DNA of 64,000 bases, from assembly GCA_029261575.1 (NCBI GenBank), contig JAJDBD010000049.1:6549-70548 (forward strand), given 5' to 3'. This DNA comes from Nitrospinaceae bacterium. GTDB lineage: Bacteria; Nitrospinota; Nitrospinia; Nitrospinales; JACRGP01. Below, one piece after another: positions 57,504-64,000 of the stretch. How positions within the stretch are numbered: position 1 is the first letter of the stretch; the number at the start of each line of letters is the position of its first letter. A program made the translations under genes and the position numbers. Under the pieces are notes generated by a model, which saw nothing but the letters and a program-made list of their open reading frames with translations, was not told the DNA's origin and did not search any database.

Positions 57504-59461
57504 TGGCCCGATTGTTCCGCTTCAGCAACCGCCCGCAACGGATGTTTATTGAGACAGCCTGTACTTTATTAGGCGCCGCGTTCTTTCTATTATCCGGAAG
57601 CGCCCTCCCCGCCCTCGCGTTTAATCCGGACCCAAAGGACGCGCCAAAATCTATCGTGGTAAAAGGCAAAACGGTGGATTTGACGTCCTTGAAAAATCCC
57701 TACCAAAAAGGTTCCTCCAAATATCCAGAGCATCTTGAAGAAGGCGCGGAAGTCTATTTTAGAAACTGCTACCTATGCCATGGGGATTTGCTGGATGGCA
57801 AGGGCGTTTTTGGCGACCGTTTTTTTCCGCCTCCCGCAAATTTTCGGCATCCTGCCAACGGCGTCATATACAAGCCCCAGGCCTATGCCTACTGGAGGAT
57901 CATGAAAGGCGGCGCGGGCCTTCCAGAAAAATTGAACCCCTGGGATTCCGCCATGCCCGCCTGGGAAGACCAACTGACCGAAACCGAAGTCTGGGAAGTC
58001 ATCGCTTTCATTTATGAAACCGCAAAAGAAATCTGGGTGGAAGAACCTGAAACAAAAACCAAACCCAGCGTCGAAAGAGGACGGGAAGTTTACCAGAACC
58101 ATTGCGCGGCTTGCCACGGCGCCACGGGAAAAGGGGACGGGGTCGCGGCGCCTTATTCCAGCCCCAAACCCAGGAACCTGACCAAAGGACAATACAAACT
58201 GCGCACCACGCGCTACGGAAAAATCCCCACCGACGAGGATATATTCAAAATAATCACCCTAGGTTTGAATGGAACCGCCATGCCGGGGTGGAAACATTTA
58301 CCCGAATCCGACCGCTGGAGCCTGGTCGCCTATCTCAAAACCCTGGCGAAAAAATTTGAAAAATTTAAAAAGCGCGGGAAAAAATTAGAAATTATATCGG
58401 TTCCGAAGCCGCCAGCCAAAATAACTGTGGAAAGCATTGAACGCGGCAAAAAACATTTCATGGTCAATTGTTCCGGATGCCATGGAGTGAAAGGCCGCGG
58501 AGACGGCAATAAAACTCTAAAAATAGTCGACATTGAAACCGACGCCCTGTGGCCGAGAAACCTGAGCAAATCCTGGACTTTTAAACGCGGCGCTTCGAGA
58601 GAAGACCTGTTCCTCACTTTGAGAACTGGACTTTACGGTTCCGCCATGCCCAGATTTTCAAACAAACTCCTCAAGGACGAAGAGCTTTGGGACCTTATCC
58701 ATTTCGTGCAAACCCTTTCTCCCGGCGAAAAACCCAAAGTCACAAAACAAATTTCCGTCAAAAAAGTAAGCGGCGCAATCCCCATCGATCCCACCGACGA
58801 CTTTTGGAAAAACGTCGCCGCGCATTTAATACCCCTGGGCGGGCAAATTATAAAAAACGAAAAACTTTATTTTTCCACCACCGACAGTTTAAATATTAAA
58901 GCCGTTCACAACGGCGACGAGATCGCTTTTCAAATCATTTGGGACGACCCGGATTTTGATCCGGTATTGCAAAAAACCGACAGCGTGAAAAGATCGCCCC
59001 CGCCCCCCATTCCGGATTTTTTAATCGGCCAGGTGGAGCCAGAAGAACAGAGGGAAATTCCCGCGGTTCCCCAGGAGTTCCCCGATGCCGTCGCCCTGCA
59101 ATTTCCCGTTCCCGACCCGGCCAAAAGCGGCAAGCCATATTTCCTTAACGGACAAGACGATAGACCCGTGAACCTGTGGAAATGGGAATCGCACCCCAAT
59201 AAAGTTAAAAAACTAAAAGCCCAGGGACTTGATGTTTTAGAATTGGTAAAAGACGCCCTGGTGGAATCCAAAGCGCTTTACGAATACGGACAATACCGGG
59301 TGACGCTGAAAAGGAAAATGACCTCCAAAAACGCGGGGGATACGCAGTTTAAATCGGGTAATAAAACCGTCCCCATCGGGTTCAACGTTTGGAACGGAAC
59401 GGCGGGAGAAACGGGAACCAAAATGACCGTTTCCAGTTGGTTCGATTTGGCGTTGGATTAA
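57503..59461 (+). CDS. Tri-haem c-type cytochrome fused to an EB_dh-like (DMSO-reductase gamma-subunit-type) domain
   Basis: 652 aa with an N-terminal anchor/signal sequence. CxxCH motifs at nt 57767-57781 (CYLCH), 58103-58117 (CAACH) and 58469-58483 (CSGCH). The C-terminal about 240 aa carry IPIDPTDDFW...NIKAVHNGDEIAFQIIWDD...DAVALQFPV...PVNLWKWES, a pattern typical of the EB_dh fold. Confidence 0.65.
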   Translation: MARLFRFSNRPQRMFIETACTLLGAAFFLLSGSALPALAFNPDPKDAPKSIVVKGKTVDLTSLKNPYQKGSSKYPEHLEEGAEVYFRNCYLCHGDLLDGKGVFGDRFFPPPANFRHPANGVIYKPQAYAYWRIMKGGAGLPEKLNPWDSAMPAWEDQLTETEVWEVIAFIYETAKEIWVEEPETKTKPSVERGREVYQNHCAACHGATGKGDGVAAPYSSPKPRNLTKGQYKLRTTRYGKIPTDEDIFKIITLGLNGTAMPGWKHLPESDRWSLVAYLKTLAKKFEKFKKRGKKLEIISVPKPPAKITVESIERGKKHFMVNCSGCHGVKGRGDGNKTLKIVDIETDALWPRNLSKSWTFKRGASREDLFLTLRTGLYGSAMPRFSNKLLKDEELWDLIHFVQTLSPGEKPKVTKQISVKKVSGAIPIDPTDDFWKNVAAHLIPLGGQIIKNEKLYFSTTDSLNIKAVHNGDEIAFQIIWDDPDFDPVLQKTDSVKRSPPPPIPDFLIGQVEPEEQREIPAVPQEFPDAVALQFPVPDPAKSGKPYFLNGQDDRPVNLWKWESHPNKVKKLKAQGLDVLELVKDALVESKALYEYGQYRVTLKRKMTSKNAGDTQFKSGNKTVPIGFNVWNGTAGETGTKMTVSSWFDLALD

Positions 59462-59462
59462 C

Positions 59463-59483
59463 CAGCGTGCCGCTGGACCCAGT
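59463..59483 (+). repeat. 3'-UTR hairpin motif family 2, copy 2 (after cytochrome c-EB_dh stop)
   Basis: TAA-A-CCAGCGTGCCGCTGGACCCAG, containing the hairpin CCAGCG-TGC-CGCTGG. The 21-mer is identical to the minus strand of 25067-25087. Confidence 0.55.
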
Positions 59484-59526
59484 AGGCTTAGCTTAGCGGC
59501 TGGCCTGAAAACTACAGGGGCGTTCT

Positions 59527-60816
59527 TTATTTTCCGGCGGTTGATTCTTCCTTCAAAGGTATTTTCAAACTTTCAAGAAACGCCAAGACGTCTCGAATTT
59601 CCTGATCGCTCAAACGATCCTTGAAATCCTTCGGCATCAGGGAATCCTCTTCAATTTCAATTTTCTCGATATCTTTTTTATCTATTTTTTTAGCGCTCCC
59701 CTCGCCGTCCACGATTTCCACAAACTCGTCGCTTTCCTTTTTTTTGATTCCTTTAACAACCTCGCCAGTCTTGGTTACAACCACCGACGAATTAAACCCG
59801 ACCGTGATCACCGAATTGGGTTCTATAATGGATTCCAATAAAAAATGAGGCGTCCGACTGCTTCCCACAAAACTCAGGTTGGGACCCACCCCCCCGCCCT
59901 TCCCCTGAACCGTATGGCATTTCGCGCATCCGGCCTTGCCTTTGGCGTCGAAGAACAAGGCCTCGCCGTTTTGAGCGTTCCCTTTCCCCTCCAAAAAAAT
60001 CTTAAGTTCTTCCCATTCTTCGAGCGGGTCTTCAGACTCCCCTTTGAGAATGGACAAAAAGAAAGCGATCGCCGCCGCCTCTTTCTCGTTCAACCCCAAA
60101 TTAGGCATCTTGGTATTGGGCTTGACCCTTTGGGGATCGTGCACCCAGATATACAACCACTCTGGATTGTATAAATAACCCGCCCGGCTCAAATCCGGCC
60201 CGACCTTCCCTCCTTCGTCGTCGACCGAATGACAGGCGAAGCAACTCTTTTTCTTAAAAAACAAATGCTCGCCAAGCTGAATCAAAGCGTTCCGGCTTTT
60301 CTCATCGCGATACAGTTCTAAAATTCGATCCCTGTCGAGAGTGGTGACCGGTTCAATGGTGGGTCGATTCTCCTCGGCCTCGGGGGGAAGTTCTACCTTG
60401 TTATTGTCGTCCCCGGCAAGTTTTCGAACATAAGCCACCAGAGACCAGATTTGCCGTTCGGAAAAAGTAAAACCAAATACCGGCATCAAATGGGATTTTC
60501 TTACCCCCACCCCGCCAAATTTAATAACGCGAAAAATCTGCCTATTGTCTTTTTTCCGGATGAAATTGATATCGGATAATTCCGCCGGCTCCTTGTCCAA
60601 AAACTCCGCGTTAAAGCCGTCCCCGCCGCCTTCCTTTCCATGGCAATGAATGCAATAGTGGCGGTACAAAACCTCGCCCTTTTTCCAAAGGGGCGTCGCT
60701 CCAGATTCGCTTTCAATCCCTGCGGGAGCGCCGGCAAACGCCGAACTCGCGAAATTTAAAACGCCCAAAAGGATACAAAGTAAAAACAGCGAGTTTTTCA
60801 CTAATTTATTTTTCAT
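59527..60816 (-). CDS. Secreted tri-haem c-type cytochrome
   Basis: 429 aa with a signal peptide. CIHCH (nt 60640-60654), CFACH (60229-60243) and CAKCH (59914-59928). The last two haem motifs are followed by G-x-x-G-P-[DN]-L, and one by a KMPNLGL Met-ligand loop. Confidence 0.75.
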   Translation of the reverse strand: MKNKLVKNSLFLLCILLGVLNFASSAFAGAPAGIESESGATPLWKKGEVLYRHYCIHCHGKEGGGDGFNAEFLDKEPAELSDINFIRKKDNRQIFRVIKFGGVGVRKSHLMPVFGFTFSERQIWSLVAYVRKLAGDDNNKVELPPEAEENRPTIEPVTTLDRDRILELYRDEKSRNALIQLGEHLFFKKKSCFACHSVDDEGGKVGPDLSRAGYLYNPEWLYIWVHDPQRVKPNTKMPNLGLNEKEAAAIAFFLSILKGESEDPLEEWEELKIFLEGKGNAQNGEALFFDAKGKAGCAKCHTVQGKGGGVGPNLSFVGSSRTPHFLLESIIEPNSVITVGFNSSVVVTKTGEVVKGIKKKESDEFVEIVDGEGSAKKIDKKDIEKIEIEEDSLMPKDFKDRLSDQEIRDVLAFLESLKIPLKEESTAGK

Positions 60817-60901
60817 GCCATTGGTTGGAAAAAATTTCAGCTAATTTACCATCAATAATTTTTTGAATCAAAATATAAAATCGGGCGCCATTAATCACGG
60901 G

Positions 60902-60934
60902 AAAAAAAAGGGGGACCCCAAAATGGAGTCCCCC
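60902..60934 (-). terminator. Rho-independent terminator after the multicopper-oxidase-like gene
   Basis: The minus strand reads GGGGGAC-11 nt loop-GTCCCCC followed by TTTTTTTT (plus-strand A8 at 60902-60909). Lies 27 nt downstream of the stop. Confidence 0.7.
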
Positions 60935-60960
60935 TGGATAAAACAAACCGCTACGAAAGT

Positions 60961-63900
60961 TTACCGATTCATCGACAGTTTATCGTCGTTGTCGATGGAA
61001 GCGGTGGAACCGCCCTTCCCGCCTTTACCACTCAGCGGAAGGATGGAGCGCTCGCCTTTCGGATACACTTTCAAATAACCCCACTGGCCGGCCTGCTGAT
61101 ACGGGGTCCGCGCGTTCAACCACAGATACGTACCCGGCGTTCCATACGTCCCGCCGGCGTTAAAGTACGCCTGGATATACTCGTTGCCGCCAAACTCCTC
61201 GACGTCGATCATATCCGAGTTCTCCTGGTTGATGTGCCGACGCCACTGATGGCCGTCCACGTTGAACATCTGGTTCTGCTCGTTGTGCGCGCCGAACACG
61301 TTGATCATCACGCGGTCGCCGGTATGAGCTTTCAACACCGGAGTCGCAGGATCCGAATCCGCAGCCACGCAAGGTGTGAACATATTACCCAGTTCACAAC
61401 CCGCGTCCTCGCGGTACAACCACGGTTCCAACCGGTAGTTCACGCCCGTCAATCCCGCAACGTTCTGCAGGTAAGGCATGAAAGACGTGCCCAGGATGTT
61501 GTCCTCGTCCTGAAAGTACAACGCGAAATCGCGGTAGTTGTCGATGTGCGCGTTCTCAGGATGAGACTTGTCCACGATCACGTCCGCTTTCCAGGAATTG
61601 CCCAGGCTGATGTCCTTGCCCGTTTCCGGATCGCGGTACACCGATCCGCGGGGACCGATGATGATCGCGCCGAACATGCCGTCGCGAACGTTCGTCGTCA
61701 GGTTGCCGAAATCCCAGATCAACGCCGCATTCTGCTTGTAATCAGGATGCGCGTAGAACGTATAGGTCTTCGACTTGCCGGGAGCCACCGTCTGGTCGCC
61801 CGGGTTGTTCCCGACGTTGATTCCCTGAGACGACTTGGGATCGAACGCTATATTGTTCACGTGAATCGAAGCGTTGCCTTTTTTCAACTTATTGGCAAGT
61901 TTCACTTTCACGCAATCGCCGATGTTGGCGCGCAGGGTCAAGGGATGCGGCATGACGTTGTCGTCCGCAACCTTGGTCAGCTCGCCTTCTAACGCGAAGA
62001 TCTTGCCGTTGGCGTTGGAAACCAACAGCTTCCGTTCGAAATCCACCTCGATGAAACCGTCTTCCACGTTCGGGTTGAAGGTCAAAGCCTTGTCGATGGC
62101 CGCCACGCTGAAGCTCTTCATCGGCGCGCCCTTCGGACAAACGCTCTTGTTGGAAGCGGGAATCTTTTCGAAACCCGGCAAAACTTTCAGGCTCTTCTGC
62201 AACTTGTCATGAACCCGGATAATACCCCAGGAGCCTTCAGATAGATGCGAGGTGCGACCGTCGTAATACAGGTAGTCGCCCGCCATCTGCTGGTAGCCGC
62301 CGGCGGTGGTCGCCAGGTCGTAACGTTCCGCAATACCGACATGCAAGGCATTGGTAACGCGGGAATCCCGGTCGTAACGTTCGGGACGAAACCCGTGACC
62401 GGAGGTCACAAAGGTATGCGTCTCGTTCATCATGCCGTGTAGAACGCGGAACACAATGGTATCGCCCAGATAAGCGCGAATCATTGGCGTGTCCGGATCA
62501 CGATGCGTCTTACTGCTAAACATCTTCGAAGCGTCCGGGTTGGCCTTCAAGCGAGCCGTCAGGGACGCCGCGCGGAAGTTGAACCCGCCGCCCGTGGTGT
62601 GCGTGCCGCCGTTCAACATCGGAAACGCAACCTCGAGCATGTCGCTGGGCATCTGGAACGAAATCGACTGTCCAGCGGCGATGGCGTTCTTCCGGCTCAT
62701 TCCCGGAGGATTGCCTTCGGTAACCAACTGCGCCGTGTGCGGAACCGTGTCGTGCAACTGCACCACGATCTCGCGGAAACTGCCATTCCGGCCAAAAGCG
62801 ATCGGCTCGGTGCCATGAATATCCGCCACCGGGCCGCTACGAATTTCCTTCCCGGTTTTGGGATCATGATAGGTCGATCCCCAAGGCTCGACGATGGTCG
62901 AACCGATACCGCCGTGCGGCCAGGTCGTAGCGCCGAAGGCGTGATCGTGCCAGAACACCAAGCCCATATCGACGTCCACCCACCAGCGATAGCGAACGTA
63001 TTCCGTGCTCGCAATCTCGCCCTTCGCATGACTGTGCGTCAGACCTTCGGTGAAAGTGACTTTATATACGCCGTCTTTGGCCTTGGTCGCCGGAGGATCC
63101 ATTTTCGCAATCCAACGCGCGTCGTGCTTGTTGGGAACTTCGATTCCAACAATGATATCCGCGCCTTCGTGAAACGGAGTCGCGTGGTCGGCCATTTTAA
63201 TGGTCACCGTCTTGTCGCCTGCCTTCGCGGCTTTCACCAGCTTGGCGTTCATCGGAACCGGCATACCCACATGATGGCCGTCCTTCATCTTCTTATCGAA
63301 CTGCCTGTAAGACCTCATGGACTGGTCGTAGGAAAATCCAGAGATAACCCCGTCCGAAGCCTGATTGTCAAACTGAAAGAAATGCGGATGGATGTTCAAC
63401 TTCGACATTTGAAAGTTGGTGAAGTCGTCGTCGTTCCATTCGCTGGTCAAAAGAAGGTCCACGCAATCGTAAACGTTGGCCCGGATGACCAAGGGGATGG
63501 CCTTTTTAGGATCGGCCTTAACCTCTGCCATCTGCTCATCGATCACGTAAATCAAACCGTATTTGTCGATGATAGGAGGCGTGTCTCCATACGCGCCGGA
63601 AAGCTCGATCGGCGTGTTGATGAAGGTCAGGTTGTACTGCTTGCGACCGGCGCCTTCGGGACAAAGACTCCAACGTCCCTGCTCGCCAGGTTTCGCCGGA
63701 GACGAGGTCTCCATGTTGGCCGGAGTTTTATTACTTCCAGACTCCGTGACCAACTGGCCGTTGTCCTTGGCAATATGAAACGGCTCCAGCCAGGGAGCGC
63801 CGCCGTGATGACGCGCAAACGGAACCCGCTTGCCAAAATGCGGGGTCAGGTGCGGCCACGCCAGCTTACCCGTGAGCGGGCTGAACTGGATCGGATGACG

Positions 63901-64000
63901 CTTGCCGGGATGCGGCGACTTGTACTTCGCCATCGGATACGTCGCCTCGCGCTCGGACAACGCCTGGGTTCCTTTCCAGGCATAATCCCACACGGTTCCG
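60961..64000 (-). CDS. Large multi-cupredoxin-domain, multicopper-oxidase-like protein (5' end beyond window)
   Basis: The frame stays open to base 64000, giving >1010 aa. MCO L1-like NIH(202)PH(204)FFQFDNQASDG (nt 63382-63390) and L2-like FWH(349)DH(351)AF...GGIGSTIVEP (nt 62941-62952). Degenerate L2-like repeats DGMFGAIIIGP and GSWGIIRVH. No H-C-H motif in the visible part. Confidence 0.55.
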   Translation of the reverse strand, partial: GTVWDYAWKGTQALSEREATYPMAKYKSPHPGKRHPIQFSPLTGKLAWPHLTPHFGKRVPFARHHGGAPWLEPFHIAKDNGQLVTESGSNKTPANMETSSPAKPGEQGRWSLCPEGAGRKQYNLTFINTPIELSGAYGDTPPIIDKYGLIYVIDEQMAEVKADPKKAIPLVIRANVYDCVDLLLTSEWNDDDFTNFQMSKLNIHPHFFQFDNQASDGVISGFSYDQSMRSYRQFDKKMKDGHHVGMPVPMNAKLVKAAKAGDKTVTIKMADHATPFHEGADIIVGIEVPNKHDARWIAKMDPPATKAKDGVYKVTFTEGLTHSHAKGEIASTEYVRYRWWVDVDMGLVFWHDHAFGATTWPHGGIGSTIVEPWGSTYHDPKTGKEIRSGPVADIHGTEPIAFGRNGSFREIVVQLHDTVPHTAQLVTEGNPPGMSRKNAIAAGQSISFQMPSDMLEVAFPMLNGGTHTTGGGFNFRAASLTARLKANPDASKMFSSKTHRDPDTPMIRAYLGDTIVFRVLHGMMNETHTFVTSGHGFRPERYDRDSRVTNALHVGIAERYDLATTAGGYQQMAGDYLYYDGRTSHLSEGSWGIIRVHDKLQKSLKVLPGFEKIPASNKSVCPKGAPMKSFSVAAIDKALTFNPNVEDGFIEVDFERKLLVSNANGKIFALEGELTKVADDNVMPHPLTLRANIGDCVKVKLANKLKKGNASIHVNNIAFDPKSSQGINVGNNPGDQTVAPGKSKTYTFYAHPDYKQNAALIWDFGNLTTNVRDGMFGAIIIGPRGSVYRDPETGKDISLGNSWKADVIVDKSHPENAHIDNYRDFALYFQDEDNILGTSFMPYLQNVAGLTGVNYRLEPWLYREDAGCELGNMFTPCVAADSDPATPVLKAHTGDRVMINVFGAHNEQNQMFNVDGHQWRRHINQENSDMIDVEEFGGNEYIQAYFNAGGTYGTPGTYLWLNARTPYQQAGQWGYLKVYPKGERSILPLSGKGGKGGSTASIDNDDKLSMNR

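Noticed and set aside
59463-59505. Hairpins after the cytochrome c-EB_dh gene, considered as an intrinsic terminator for the convergent operons.
   Set aside because: The stems are short (6 bp) and are not followed by a U-tract on either strand. The region is retained only as a repeat motif.

Overview
This is a 64-kb chromosomal window from a diderm (Gram-negative-type) bacterium. Envelope genes are present (kdsB, an LptF/G-family permease, CpoB/YbgF, SPOR proteins, a LolA-like protein), but the lineage cannot be fixed from sequence alone. The window is about 90% coding. I call 57 protein-coding genes and find no rRNA, tRNA, CRISPR array, transposase, integrase or phage gene. Most of it is housekeeping: a ptsI fragment, metK, tig, ispG, a yejABEF-type peptide importer, lipA, pyrG, kdsB, two glycosyltransferase genes, a NifS-type desulfurase, cysE, scpA, rsmE, serB, rarA, argS, a family-4 UDG and MoxR/DUF58. 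Start codons are best guesses because many track ORFs begin at TTG/GTG upstream of better ATG starts. Items worth a second look, in order of interest: (1) At 56.2-64.0 kb, two convergent operons encode only secreted copper/haem proteins. These are a cupredoxin-like protein with an amicyanin-type C-x2-H-x2-M site, a tri-haem cytochrome c fused to an EB_dh-like domain, a second tri-haem cytochrome c, and a >1010-aa multicopper-oxidase-like protein in which only one half of a trinuclear Cu site is visible. This is my best candidate for an undescribed periplasmic redox module. (2) At 49.1-56.2 kb, an eight-gene minus-strand envelope cluster combines a TlpA-like thioredoxin, a SPOR/NTF2-like protein, an outer-membrane barrel, a MacB/Lol-type ATPase, a CBS protein, two FtsX permeases and a LolA-like protein. 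(3) A secreted protein made of two tandem DUF3365-like haem-c modules. (4) A UDG-MoxR-DUF58-LOG-like operon with overlapping stop/start codons (translationally coupled). (5) Three families of small intergenic repeat or palindromic elements. (6) A strongly AT-rich MscS-like gene, which is a compositional outlier. All family assignments rest on motifs read by eye and need HMM or BLAST confirmation.
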